Source of the DNA: Schmidtea nova
Lineage: Eukaryota
Length of the DNA: 64,000 nucleotides
Assembly (NCBI GenBank): GCA_044892505.1
Contig: CM097882.1
Location: forward strand, 390,166,001 to 390,230,000
Direction: 5' to 3'
Shown here: one piece after another, positions 1 through 13,028 of the stretch
How the letters are laid out: every line of letters begins with the position of its first letter
Position numbering within the stretch: position 1 is the stretch's first letter
The notes under the pieces: model-generated
Databases searched by the model: none
Told to the model about the DNA's origin: nothing
Seen by the model: the letters and a program-made list of their open reading frames with translations, nothing else
Position numbers and translations under genes: made by a program

Positions 1-1393
1 AGTAAAAACCAGATTGTTGGCAATGACAGCTACTAAACAAGGATTTCAATGGTTAAAAGGTAATGAAGAGATAGAACTTGTGAGAAAAACAATTGATAAA
101 ATTGGACTACAAGATAAATAATTGACAAAGATTTAATTTTAACAAGAAAAAATAAAATTTGGATTCCAAAAACAATAGAATAGAATTTGTGAAAAGCATG
201 CACAAAATGTTGTGTCATGCTGGGTGTAAGAAGGTAATTGATTATATTAAATTTAATTACGATATGGAAGAATTAAATACAATCGCGACTCAATATATAC
301 AAAGTTGTGAAATATGCCAGAAAAGAAAAACTTTGACAACAAAAACAAAAGAAATAATTGTAAAAACAGAAGTTGTGGAACCTTTTGAAGTTATAGTGAC
401 AGATTTTTGTGGACCTTTACAGACGAACATTCATGGAAAAAAATTATTGACATGTGTCGTCGATACATTTCGTTTACAGCAGTTGCAAGATGAAAGATCT
501 ACAGCGGATACTATTATGAAATTCTGGATATTAAAATATGGGCATATAGAATTATTCAAGTTTATTGTGGCAAAACATTTGAGTCTAACTTGATAAAAGA
601 GTTAACAAAGAATCACAATATACAGCTACAATTTTCGAGCCCTTATCATCATAATACCAATGGTTTGATTGAAAGACAATTTCGAACAATACCAGATTGT
701 ATCAGTACGTCATTAAAAGACAAACGTAAGAGGAATTGGGTTGAAGTGTTACCTGAAATCGAATTTACTTTAAATGCAACTATTCAAAGCACAATTGGAA
801 AGAGCCCCTCAGAAGCAATATTTGGTTTCCGGATATCTAGAGAATGGAACAAAAATAATAGAAGATACAACGATAGCAGTAAAATAGTGGTCGAGTACAA
901 TCAAAACAAAGAAATTTAAGTTATAAAAATGAGAACCGGATACACTGAGAATTCGATATAAATGAAGAAGTTTTAGTTAAAGTAGATGTGAGAAAAAAGA
1001 TGAAGATCGATATATAGGACCTTTTATCGTTGTTAGAAAGATACATGAGAATAGCTATGAATTACGAGACAGAGATGGAAAAATGATGGTGCGCAACGTT
1101 GAATGCTAAAGCCTTTTAAACAGGGGGATGTTAGGGATATTTAATTAACTAATTTATAAATAACACATATTGAATTATAAGTAATCAATATTATTATAAA
1201 GTCAAAGTATTATAAGTGTAATTACTGGCACGCATAATTGTCATTATTATTTAATTGATTAATTCGCCATTATAAATTGGTTCGAATAAGACAAATTATT
1301 ACATAATCAGTTTTATTTGAATATACTTTAACAGCAATAAATCTTCAATTATTAACAAATATTAAAAATAATATAATAAAATATTCAATAACA
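1..1393 (+). mobile_element. 3' part of a degenerate Ty3/Gypsy LTR retrotransposon (integrase, PPT, 3' LTR), truncated by the window edge
   Basis: Frameshifted integrase: HAG..CEICQK zinc finger, DFCGP, FSSPYHHNTNGLIERQFRTI, and GPF.V near 1015. PPT AAACAGGGGGA at 1118-1128, then LTR TGTTA...TAACA at 1129-1393. Paralogous to the element at 32-37 kb. Confidence 0.9.
1129..1393 (+). repeat. 3' LTR (~265 bp)
   Basis: Starts TGTTA directly after the polypurine tract and ends TAACA (terminal inverted repeat); AATAAA near the end. Confidence 0.75.
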
Positions 1394-1425
1394 ACCTTTT
1401 TATACATTCAAATCAAAATTCAAAC

Positions 1426-1810
1426 ATGTCTCTCGAAGCCACTGAAGTCGAAAAAGTTGAAGAAGTAGCAGCAGTTCCTGAATTCAAAGTTGATGCCCAA
1501 TCTAGACTATAGGAAACAGTAAGAAAACGTGATTTAATTAATAAGTATTTTCATGTAAATTTCTTACATTAATAAAGAGATTTATTATTTTTATTTTTTC
1601 TTTAGTTTATTTACTAGAAATGGTGCTTTAAAATATTCAAGAATCATATCTGACTATTATAATAAATCTGGATTATTGCTCTCCCGAGTTGTTGATGCAC
1701 AAAATATATCACTATACAGGTATCAAAATCAAGGAACTGCTAGAAATGCACTTCAATATGGTGCTTGGGGCAGGCGGTAAATGCGTTGAAAATTGCGTAG
1801 TATATAAGTA
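1426..1810 (+). pseudogene. Uncharacterised, probably two-exon pseudogene (LDYCSPELLMHKIYHYT family), paralog of 21287-21618
   Basis: ATG at 1426 (MSLEATEVEKVEEVAAVPEF), a GTAAGA donor near 1519 and a CTTTAG acceptor near 1605. The second exon aligns with the 21.3 kb copy, and many differences are synonymous. Confidence 0.55.
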
Positions 1811-3939
1811 TATTCTTTTTTTGTTCTTGTTATGTACCTTTTTCATTTTCAATTTAAGTGGAATATTTTCTCTTCTAGTTGAATTTATTAACAATAAATT
1901 ACCAAAAATATATAAAATATTTTGCTTTTTAATATGAATTCATATATTGTTATATTTTGGTCCACGTGGGACTTGTGTGTTATTTATTTTTAGAGGCAGA
2001 TGAAGGTTGAAATTCAAAATGAATTTTATTTAGTTTGTTATACAGTTATTAAATTAGACACGTTAGATTTTAAAAACATATTCGAAGGAAAAAAAGTATA
2101 TTAAATTTAAAATAACATTTAACTGTATTTTCTTGTATGAAAATTTTAGACAAATTACTTTTACTCGGAATATTTATTTATTTTAACTTTAAAAAGAAGA
2201 AATTTAAAAAATCTTTTATAAGATTAAAGTCACATTGGAAGTGAGAATTGTTCAAAAGAATTCTTAGTAAAAGATATTTTCTAATTGCGGTTACGAATCG
2301 TGAAACAAAACAGTTAATTATTACAATTCCAATCTCATCGGATATTTGAGTAAATTTTAATTAAAACAGTTTTGAAGTCGAAAAACGTTCTTTACAATTG
2401 ATTTTATTGTAAAGTTTTTTTTCTCGAAATCAATATTTTTTTTCTCATTATTCAAGGAGAGTATCAGAATTATTTAAGAAAATGTGTGTTTAGCTTTTCA
2501 ACCAATCAGAGAAGTTCAATAGTATTTTCTAATAATCATAGAATTCCGGCAATTTATCCGTTCAGTTTTTACGGAAAATTGGCAAGTTTTATTGTTTTGA
2601 AAATTGAATCAATACTTAGTGTACATTTTATTATAAATTTTGGCCCAAATTATAAAATCAACCAAATTTATTAAATTAATTCATTTGTTTCGCATTTATA
2701 TCAAAACCGCATGTTTTATAACATGAAGTGTTTATTACTGATTTTCTACTTCACTTGTAAAAATAATAAAAATATTTCTTGAAAATATAAAATTGCAAAA
2801 ATATTTGTGACAGTCACCTTTTTAAAAATTGGCTAGTCAGTTTAGTCTAAAATCACAAATTCAGTGACTTATTTAAACTTTTCAACTAACTGGACTTTTA
2901 CAATAATTATAAAATAATAAGATGTTTACAAAGCAAATAGAGTACAATCACCTGCAATGTCCAAAATATCATCACTGATTTATTGGTCATATATACGCAT
3001 GTTTATTATTGTGGCAAGTTAAAAGCCATATTATATTAAAATACTCATCTTGCTACAGCTAACCATTCTCTTATTCACCATACACATTTATGCGTTGGAC
3101 GATAAACTTTAAAATATACAAAATTTCTCTATAAATAAATACAGAAATTTATACTTTAGTAACAGTGAAGTTAAAAAACTGAATCCAATGTCAGCAAAAG
3201 TGGTATACCTAGATTGAGAAAATTGTTTAATGAAATAAACACAAAATTAAATTAATTAAATGTTGTTTAATAACGCACTTAATGTGGGAAGGTTAATTCA
3301 ACCCTTTCCAATTATTCAGCTTGTCTCACAAAGTAAACTCATAAGTAGATATCCTTTCACGAATTTCGTAAAATAATCTTTTAATAGATGTATAGGATAA
3401 AATCACGTAAAAAGGTCAGACACTTAGGTATAATTACTATCTTAGCCCTGCTCATTTGAAAGTATTGTTTTAAAACATACAATGTAAATATATAATTATA
3501 TAAAATAATTAGTTATTTTGTCATATTCATATCAAACTTAAATATAATAAAGTTTTTCAGCAATGTACAATTTTAGAAAATTTTTTTAAATATTTTCCTT
3601 CTTCTACAATAGAATTACTTTATTGAAAGTTTCGCCATATACAATAAACTTGTTAAAGTGATTAAAAGCTTTTTTGCTAAAAACTTTAGTGCTTAACAAG
3701 TTCGCTGTTTATACAAGTGGTAAATCATAAAATATTGTATTTTTTCTGTATGTACATAATTTTGTGTTTCTCTTTCTATTTTTTAATATTATCTCCTCTT
3801 TGAAATATTAATAAATATATTTTTCTTTTTTAATTTTTCCATTATTACATCTCCACTTGACTTTTTTTAATTTGATACAACATTGATATCCATTGGAACA
3901 CAACGCTCTTATAGAGTCTTTACAAGCAATGATGTCAGA

Positions 3940-4290
3940 AATAAGTAGGTAAAATATAATTTTAAAAATTTTTCAAAGTTAAAATTAAGTAGGTCAATAA
4001 TAATAATTCTCGAAGTTATTCTAAGTCAGAATTAAGTAGGTCAATAATAATGACAAATTAAAAAATTTTTCTAAGTCAGAATAAGTAGGCCAATAATAAT
4101 TTTCGAATATTCATGTCAGAATTAAGTAGGTAATTAATAATTTTCGAAATTTTTCTAAGCCATAATTAAGTTGGTCACTTTAAGGATACTTTAAAGTCAA
4201 CAAAGTAGGTCAAATATAATTTTCAAAATTTTTCTGTCAGAAATAAGTAGGTAAAATATAAAAAACTTGAAAAATTTTTTTAAGTCAGAA
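3940..4290. repeat. Degenerate ~40-bp tandem array with core TAAGTAGGTCAA
   Basis: About 8 copies of (T/A)AAGTAGG. Its reverse complement recurs at 18760-18980. Confidence 0.85.
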
Positions 4291-4539
4291 TTAACTATTA
4301 AGTGACACAACACTTTGTGACTCACATGGCATTGTAAGTGCAAGTTTAATAAAGTTAATGAAATCAAGCTGCAAGATTAACAAAGGTAAGTAAGGAGTAA
4401 TTTGATTCTTATAATAATAATAATAATAATAATAATATTTTAAAACTTTGATTATAACATTTAAAATTAACACTGGTTTAAAAATCGAAACTATAATAAA
4501 AATTTGGACAAGAAAAAACTAAATTTGATAATATAAATA

Positions 4540-5021
4540 TTTATTGAATAACATTAATGTAAATTGTGCACTGTCAACTATCCAAATTGGAGTCATAAAA
4601 TCTTTTGTATCTACTTTATAACCCTGAATTATTATAATAATGAACCAGTGTTCTTGATCCTTGTATTCGATTGAGTGGAACGCATCATGAAAACGAGTTT
4701 TTCAGTTGTTGATGTAGATTGTTTCTTTGCAACATAAATTTTTATTGATTTTCAATAAAACTTTATTTAGTGCAACAACATGTTTTTAGATATATTTGCA
4801 GCTAAACTGCCATACAATGACTTTGTTAATTTGACCGGATACGATAATCTAAAAGGATTTCTTTCTACCAAGAAATAAATTTTATAATCATAATACATTT
4901 GAACTGGTTTGACTTCTGTCTTGATTTTCTTTTAATTTCTTCTTTACTTGTTTTCTTCCCTATTTATCGGGCTGTAAAAAATTTTATCGTAAGTAGGAAA
5001 ATTTGCTTTGTGTGATTGCAT
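4540..5021 (-). pseudogene. Polinton-associated uncharacterised ORF (KINK..CxETIYINN family), homolog of 38017-38427
   Basis: Minus-strand translation VALNKVLLKINKNLCCKETIYINN...HWFIIIIIQGYKVD aligns to SAINKVLIKINKKLSCSETIYINN...NWFIDISIQGYKVD. Contains stops. Confidence 0.75.
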
Positions 5022-5485
5022 TTTAATAATTATAACATTATCTTAAAATGGCTTTGTATTTATAGTCACGAGTTTATGTCTTTGTCCAATGAAAATGACG
5101 CATTCAAACTGTGTATGTTATGAATGTGTGTATGTCTTTGTTGCATGTGTATCTTTGTCCCATGCTATATATAATTGATGCATGTATGCGTATTTTATGT
5201 AGTTAAATGTTTTAGTTAATGTCTTTATTTAAAATGTTTATGTATTTATTTAATGTTTATTTGTCTTTATTTATTAGTTAAATTATTTAAAATTATTCTA
5301 ATAAAAAAAACCTCTATATTAATAAAAAACATATTACTATTTTACATAAAAAATTAGAAAACTGAACTTTAATAAAAACTTATAAACAAACTAAAATATG
5401 AATGATAATACATTTATTAAATGAAAACTAAAAATGGTAAAAATCTAAATAATAATAAAAATAAACATATTTACAATCTATTCCA

Positions 5486-5800
5486 TTATTGTTGCGGTGA
5501 TGATTGATTGCAATCTGTCATCTCACGATTGCATTCGTCGGAATCTGGAAGATCATCGGGAATCTTGCGATGACATTCTTCACAATCAGATGATTCTGGA
5601 GATTCATCGCATTGTGAAAATTTATCACATTGAACTGATTCGACACAATCTGAAGGAACCGGAAAATCAGTGGATCCATCGCAATCCGGAGTACAATTGG
5701 ACCATCGTTTAAGTTCTTTGTCTTTTTCTTCTTCTTCTTTTACTCGATTATTTTCAGTTCCCTCCGTAAAATCCATATACGGAACCTGTCAATTCTGTCA
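5486..5800 (-). pseudogene. C-terminal acidic/Cys-rich part of a Polinton-associated ORF, homolog of 31150-31765
   Basis: YMDFTE...EEKDKELKRWSNCTP...CNQSSPQ aligns with YLGVTE...EEDDQLKQWPNLTP...CDQSPQ. Confidence 0.6.
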
Positions 5801-5811
5801 ATTCAAACTGA

Positions 5812-6219
5812 AAATTAAAATAATGGATCTTATGGTGAATCTTCATCTACATTCAAACATTTTAATGTAACTTCATTATCTCTGTCAAAAAATACTGATT
5901 ATTGAGAATTTTTTAATCAAGATTTTGAAATTGATAATTTCAGGGATGCATATAGGCAAATTCTTGTCAGAAATTTAAGATATTTATATAAAACTTGAAT
6001 TTTGGTATAAGTCTCGAAGAAATTAAAACAAAATATCCATTCTTTACATTTGTTCTTGCTCCTGATTTCGATTTGAGCCAAAATCAAATCCCACGAAATG
6101 GGAATTTACGATAAGTTATCAAATCGGGTAAAGACATTGACGAAACGGTTCATGTAGTGATATATGGAGTCTTTGAAAATGAAGTACAAATTACTGCAAA
6201 TCGAACAGTACTAGTTTGA
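5812..6219 (+). pseudogene. Polinton major capsid protein (double jelly-roll), C-terminal fragment
   Basis: NGSYGESSSTFKHFNVTSLSL and FVLAPDFDLSQNQIPRNGNLR*VIKSGKDIDETVHVVIYGVFENEVQITANRTVLV* match the typical Polinton MCP C-terminus (FDLTPD..GNLRL..ETVNVIVYAEFDN.IEI..R.V). Confidence 0.8.
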
Positions 6220-6233
6220 ACTTTGTTGTATTA

Positions 6234-6560
6234 ATGAAACAAATCACTATAATAAAATTATAATCGAGTAAGTTTTTTAATTTGTAAAATAATTAATTAA
6301 ATTAGTTCTGTTTAGGTATACAGACTTGGTAAAAACTATTGGGAAATCAATTTATTTGAGTTTATCCGTATTTGAATATTAATCAGGCCATCATTGTAAA
6401 TACTCAGACATCTACTGTAGGCGGTGAACATTGGATTCGGAATTTGGTATATATTCAAATATATACCAAATTCCGAATTAATTATTGTTGCCGGGAAATT
6501 ATTAAAGAAAATTAATTTTAATTTTAAACGTATAATCAATTATTAAAACAAAATCAATTT
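6234..6560 (+). pseudogene. Polinton adenain-like (C5) cysteine protease, N-terminal part
   Basis: LLGNQFI*VYPYLNINQAIIVNTQTSTVGGEHWI matches F.GV.P / IVNT....GEHW. Starts 15 nt after the MCP stop. The catalytic Cys region is not recognisable. Confidence 0.75.
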
Positions 6561-6929
6561 AGAATAATTATGATAATAAAAATTAATTATTTTTTAATAA
6601 AATACTAATCGATTTTAAGTACTTGGTAATAAATTTATCACATTAAATACTTGTTATTAAAATTTTGATTAAAACAAAAAAATATAATCAAAAGATTTTA
6701 TAAATAAATTTTATTCACATATATTTGTTTCGATAATTTTCCAAATAAGTTTGACTACATCATTAGATTTTTTGAAACCTTAAATCACTATCTTAATTTG
6801 ATATATCAAATTTTCATCAGGTTTTTCAAATTACAATCTTTATTGCAATTCACATAGGTAAAATCTTCATTAAATTGAATTTCTTTGTTGATTGCTAATA
6901 TAAGTTCTGAAAAAAGCTTCATAATGTAT

Positions 6930-7880
6930 TTTCAGCGCTAGCTGTAACTATAGGCGGGAACCCTAAAGTAGTCGCTGGACCCATAATTAACTTATCATGG
7001 ATTCCCCTAAAGCTGTTCTAGGGCCTTCACTTATTTTGCCTTTGCCACAGATAGTAAAATAAATCCTTTATTGGGCATAGGGTCAGCATTTTTAGAATAA
7101 AATTGTTCCATGCCAATGTAAATTTAGTTTTATCTTGAGGTTCAATAATAAACTGTTTGTGTTGCATAACAGAATGGTAAATATCATAGCTTTCCCATCG
7201 TTCAATACATTTTTTCATCATTCCATAAGATGGAAAGACAACTAATAAACCACGCGGAATGAACTTGATTAAATTTAAATTATCATTTCCAAGAGAATTT
7301 GTATATGCTATTTTCTCACGAGTCAAATAGCTGGAATATAGAGTTTCACCATCAGCACCTTTAGTACAAACCGCGACCATCATCTGATCTGTATATCAAT
7401 ACGTAACTCTACTTCAAATTTAATATCAATGTCCAATTTCAGAGTTCCTGCTAGATATAGAGTTCCACTCGTTAGTATAATGCTGCGAAAATCACAATTA
7501 GCCAAAGATTTTATGGTGCGTTCTGGAGTCATACACAAAAAACTAGGAATTCGATTTTTATCCACAACAACTCTTTGATTCTTTTAAGAAACCCAATTGA
7601 ATTTATTATTGTTTTTGGTTGAAGTAGAAATTTTATTGTCTGAATTAATTGTAGAAGTTTTCTTCATATGATGCTGCCATGCGAGTTCTGCAAAGAGTAA
7701 GCAAAGAATTTTCCTGTAGCTTTTGGAGATTCCAAACTTTCTCGTTTACTGCCTTTTAATAAATCAGTAACCTTTTCCATGTATATTATCTGAGATGGAT
7801 AAGGTTGAAAGGGAAAATTTATTGATATGTCACGAATAGCAAATTTTAAAAAAACTCGAACCATACTCAACAAAGATTTA
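6930..7880 (-). pseudogene. RTEL1: RTEL1-like (XPD/DinG family) helicase pseudogene, intronless and internally deleted
   Basis: FPFQPYPSQIIYMEKV..LESPKATGK, then FLCMTP..RSIILTSGTL, KGADGETL, IPRGLLVVFPSY, and a frameshifted SVA.GKISEG. The central Fe-S/DEAH region is absent. Confidence 0.75.
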
Positions 7881-8029
7881 TTTTTTAAAAAAATTCCAAA
7901 AATTTTAAAATTCAAATAAGTCCAGTCAAACTACAGAATCTTAAATTTAATATTTAAATGTAAATTTTCTAAACTCAATGTATTTTGACTTATATACCAT
8001 TATTGTTACATTTTTATCAAGTAGCATAA

Positions 8030-8420
8030 CCCCGGTAATAGAACCCCCGTAGCAAAACCTATTTTGTGATGGTTTTTGCCTGAAAACGATTTATATTGTA
8101 TTTTCACTTATATACAATTATTGTCACATTTTCATAAATTTTATCCAGTAGCAGAACCTTTCTAGCAGAATCTTTGGTAGCAGAACCTCTTTCGTGATGG
8201 TTTTTGCCTGAAAAAGATTCATATTGTATTTTCACTTATATACCATTATTGTCACATTTTCATCAACTTTTATCCAGTAGCCGAACCTCTTTTGTAATGG
8301 TTTTTACCTGCAAAAGCTTTATACTATATATTTCACTCATATCCAATTATTGTTATCGTAATTTGAAGTAGCAGAACCTTTTGTATCAGAATCCTAGTAT
8401 CAGAACTTTGGTATGAAAAG
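8030..8420. repeat. Degenerate ~110-120-bp tandem repeat (GTAGCAGAACC / GTGATGGTTTTTGCCTG)
   Basis: About 3 units are visible; inverted homologs lie at 16130-16410. Confidence 0.75.
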
Positions 8421-9238
8421 AGTGAATTAATGAAAAGACTAGTTATTGAATGAGTGATTTCGTCAAGAAAAGTGATTATTTTTGCTGATTGTATTAATCT
8501 GTGTGTGAATATTGGAGATATTTGATTGGTTAAATCTTATAAAACTGGATGAATTGAAAACTTTCTTTACATTGTGATAATAGATTGTATCATTTCATTC
8601 AGTGAAAGAATTCTAAATAGGTAATGATTAAAAGTAATATTTTATTAAATCGATAAAATTGATTTGAAATTAATAAAGAGACCTCAAAATTCTATTGAAA
8701 TGTCATTGAAAACTAATTCATAAAGAGGAAGTCTCATGAAAGAATGCTTATCTTGAAGGATTCAAATGGTTAATTCTTTAAAGGTAAAATCTTAGAAAAT
8801 CTATTCATAAAGGAGAAATTTACTAGAAAGAAAGTAACTTATTCAACAAAGGGGATTAATTCTTTAAAGGTTCAATTGAATCTAATAAAAATGAGAGAAA
8901 TCAAATCAAAAGGACCAATCTATTAGAAAAGAGTTAATTTCCATCAGAAAATATTATTAAAATGTGTTAATTTAATCAAATGGGTTAAAGAAGTAATTGA
9001 ATAAAATCATGTGGGAATTTACAAAAATGGCAAGTCTATTGAAATAGGTTAATTCTATAAAAAAGGTGTGTTAATTAAATCAAACAGGGGTTATCATTTA
9101 AAATTGGTAAAATCATTTTTAAAATAGTTTGTTTCATAAACAGAGTGAATTCATTCAAAACTGGTTATATTATCAAAAATTGTTATCTATTTAGATCTAC
9201 TAAAATAGTAATGTATTCAAACTTCAATCATCAAAGAT

Positions 9239-9240
<2 letters not shown>

Positions 9241-9282
<42 letters not shown>
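9241..9282. repeat. (TA)n microsatellite
   Basis: Direct reading. Confidence 0.95.
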
Positions 9283-9284
<2 letters not shown>

Positions 9285-10288
9285 TTAAAATAGGGATATT
9301 TAATACAAATATGGTATTTTATAAGTGATTTCTTCATTTTTGTCATTTTCTTCATTTTGCCATTCAAATTAGGCTAAAAAGAGGTTAAATAACTTTTAAA
9401 TGATGAATTATTCCAAAAATGATGGAATTTTTTTTAAAAAGGGTAAAATGAAAAGTAGGTTAAATTTTTAAATGTAGGTAATCCACCTGAAAGGTAATTT
9501 ATTAGTAAATTTGTCTATTAGGAAATATCTTGAAAATGGGTGAATGTTTCAATGAAGGAAAATTATGAATATGAAACGAATATACAGAAATCCTTTAAAT
9601 TAACGGAGTGAAGAATCAATTTGAACATTTAATAAGAAGTATCAAGAATTTTTTTATTAGTTGGTTATTTTATCATTTTCATAGGTTTACCTAGTTAACG
9701 GGGATTTTATAATGATTTTTAAAAAAAAATATACATGTTGGTTATCAAGTGAAGAATTAGATGAGCAATGAATTCAATTGAGCTTTGCTTAAAAGTCATT
9801 AGTATTAATATTAACAGTCATTAATATTAACAGCTTTAGTTAATAAAAATTTCATTTTAACAACGTGGTTATTTGAATACTTTTTGTTAAAACTTAAAAT
9901 AAAAAAGAAATTAATTCAATTATTCTAAATATTAAATTCAATATTATGACACCATATTTAAAATCATTTCGTTTTAAATATCATATCTAGTTAATGGGAA
10001 TAGATAATTGATTGATGGGGGAACTAACTTCTTAGTTGGTTAATACATAGAGCTAGTTGGTTGATGTCTAAATAACTAGTCGGTTATTGATTTGTGGATA
10101 GAGTCATTTGGAATCTGATCATTAACTAGTCAGTTGGTCATTTATGGTAAATAAATATCAATTTATTAAATAAATATCAACGTTGTATTTTTAAATTTTA
10201 ATTAAAAGTTTAATTTCATAAAAAAATTAATTTAATTTTAAAATAATTTAAATTTTACCCAATCGGATATTTCCTAAAATATTTAGTA

Positions 10289-11419
10289 CACCTAATTCTG
10301 TTTTTACGCGAACTTCTTTTACGCGAATTTGAATTAACGCGATTCAACAAAATTATTTCGTTCTGTTTTTACGCGATTTTATTTGATTTAACGCGATGCA
10401 AAAAATTTCATTTTTAGCAAAAAAAATTCAAATATAAATTCAATTAAAGTTAAAGGTAATTTATAATTTTAAGTCCAATCATTTATTACATGCAAATAAA
10501 TTTTTTTTTATAGGAACCTCATTACAATTAATAATGTCAGCTAAAAAACAAACGAATAGAAAAGCTATTTCTTTGGAAATTAAAATCAAAATTTTGGATA
10601 GACTAGCCACTGGAGAAGGTGTTACTTCTGTATGGAAATATTTTAATTTAAAAGAATGAACCATAAGAACTATAAAAAAATGAAGAAGCTATCAGAAAAT
10701 CTGTGATTGCTGGAACAAATATGAGTGCTCATACAACATCATACACAAGAGACACTGTAAAAGAGAAATTGGAGAAGGCTCTTGTAATATGGATGGAGGA
10801 TTGCTCACAAAAACGGAAAGAGCTCGGAAATTTGAACGTGACGTAAAATTATTAATGGGTAATTATCGTGAATTATATAACAGCATTATCAAACCAAGAA
10901 CACAACGATTGATAACTGAATTTGTGACTAAACTCAAAACAACTGAAACATCAACACAACTTGAACATGAAAATGAAGTTGCAAATATTTCTAGTGATGA
11001 CAGTGACGTTCAACGCTCACATAAACGAATGAGTATATCATCAGGAAGTGACAGCAATTAAAAAATATGTTTTATAATATATTTTGCCATTTTTTGTTTT
11101 ATTAAAATGAATTTTTTTGTGATATTTTGTTAAATAATGATTTTTTTTTGTTAAATTAGTATTTTTTATTATTTATTTCGTTTGTCCTTTAATATTATAC
11201 TTATAAATATATCTTTAAATAAATATAAAATTTGTAAAACACCTAAAAATATAAATTTATATATTTTAATCTCATTATTTTGGTTGATTTTGAAAATTTG
11301 GAACCAATCCCATACTTTTATATGGATACTATATCTTTTTTTACGCGAATTATTTTACGCGAATTATTTTACGCGAATTTTCGAGGAACGTATCTATCCT
11401 GTATAAACAGAATTAGGTG
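10289..11419 (+). mobile_element. Internally deleted pogo/Tigger-like DNA transposon
   Basis: Perfect 15-bp TIR CACCTAATTCTGTTT, TA TSD on both sides and subterminal TTTTACGCGA repeats. CENP-B-type HTH from ATG 10534 (RKAISLEIKIKILDRL..LEKALVIWM) is fused to the transposase C-terminus; the DDE domain is missing. Confidence 0.92.
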
Positions 11420-11479
11420 TACTTAGTTTTTAAAATTTCATATTATGTCATTTTAACTCTGTTTGTCTTAATTTTGAGT

Positions 11480-11760
11480 CGTTGATGAAATGGTAAAAGT
11501 TACCAATCAAATATCTGACTCCAAACATTTAATACGAAAAGTCATCGTCACCACTGATTTACGCACGGAAATCGGCGTCTCTCTTCACATCAACGAGACA
11601 TCCTTTTACATGTTATGCAACAGGTTCCGAGTTTCCTCAATCACTGAGGTCTTACCAAATTCAATCTTAGACATACACTGTCGCATCCTAGGGGGTGTTC
11701 GTCCTGCAACAAAACCATCTTCCTCATCCAGATTCCCCTCCATTCTGTTTTATTGACATT
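11480..11760 (-). mobile_element. LTR 3'-end fragment related to the LTR-like segment at 58169-59465
   Basis: Shares TTTGGAGTCAGATA.TTGATTGGTAACTTTTACCATTTCA.CAAC with 59420-59465. Confidence 0.5.
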
Positions 11761-11769
11761 AAAATTTAT

Positions 11770-11990
11770 GCAAGAAAAATCAAGTAGGAACTACCCTTTT
11801 AGTTTACCTAAAAATCAAAATCAAAAACTATAACCCCTCCATTTGTAATTTATGGGGACTTTGAGTCAATTTTACCAATTGATTCTAAATATCATCAAAA
11901 ACATTTGCCGGTATTAGCAGGACTATTACTTTTAAATAATTTAAATAATTCAAAATCACAGTAAAAATTAATAGGTATTGAATACGTAAT
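11770..11990 (+). pseudogene. Protein-primed PolB fragment (Exo I region)
   Basis: TITPPFVIYGDFESILPIDSKYHQKHLPVLAGLLLLNN is homologous to 39270-39410. Confidence 0.75.
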
Positions 11991-12061
11991 ACAATTTTTA
12001 AAGAAAGTAGAGGAAATTGCTGTCACAATGGTCCTGCCTTATTATGACATTCATGGAAATG

Positions 12062-12330
12062 AGTAGGGGGATATGAGCTTACTGAACCCACTATCCCCTG
12101 TGTATATTACACAATTGCTCGATCTTTATATAGCATACGTGATTACATAATCATTACGTAATTCTCGGGTTAACATAGCACACTCGTACTGCACAATATG
12201 TCTCAATCTTTAAAATAGCGCATGAGCTAAAGATGTCATAATTATGTAATCGAAGTCAAAGACCAAGGTCGTTTTGAGGTCAATGTCATTGTGTAATCGG
12301 GTTCAAAGGTCATGGTCATTTTTTAAACAT
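12062..12330 (+). mobile_element. Putative Polinton terminus (AGTAGGGGGA...) followed by AGGTCA-type repeats
   Basis: The first 10 nt are identical to the reverse complement of the end at 22550, with weak further similarity; similar to 50441. Confidence 0.45.
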
Positions 12331-12619
12331 TAAGTTTTTGGCGCAATTAATAAATTTTACCGCCGTTTTGTTTAATCAAAGTAAATATTAAAATTTTTAG
12401 CGCTACTTAGAAAAGTTTTAATAAAATTTATTACAATTAATATTTTATAAGTATTATTACAAATAATATTTTGTAACAATAATTTTATTTAATATAATTT
12501 TTATTACTAATTATTACTTATTATAAGTATTATTATTTTATTTAATATTATTTTTCATAATTATTTTTATTATAATTATAATTAATAATTTTTTTATTAA
12601 TATTTATACTATTAATATT

Positions 12620-12622
12620 ACA

Positions 12623-12710
<88 letters not shown>
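12620..12710. repeat. (ATT)n microsatellite
   Basis: Direct reading. Confidence 0.95.
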
Positions 12711-12712
<2 letters not shown>

Positions 12713-13028
12713 CTATATCAAGAAAATAAGAGACAATATAAAGAACATGTGCTTTCATATTGCCAGTTCTAAAGAGCAGTGATTAAATGCCTGTGCCTAA
12801 AAGACACGCTGGACAAGTGATCGTGTTCACAAGGGTCGCATGTGACTCCCCAAAAATAGGGTCAATAGGACCTGGGCATCAATAGTTCACTATCTATAGC
12901 GATCATGTCTCGGATAATCAAGGGTAGCCAGCTAACAAGACATCATACACAACATAGTGTTTCATACGCCATGAATGTGCTGGCAAGATATCGTCATAAA
13001 CAGTATGACAGAAATTAATTAATGTTAA

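Noticed and set aside
3940-4290. CRISPR-like appearance of the regularly spaced TAAGTAGG repeats (also 18790-18960)
   Set aside because: The intervening sequences are degenerate copies of each other rather than unique spacers, there are no cas genes, and the context is eukaryotic.
12715-13020. Possible RNase H fragment (FTIYSDH)
   Set aside because: A single short motif among stops is insufficient.
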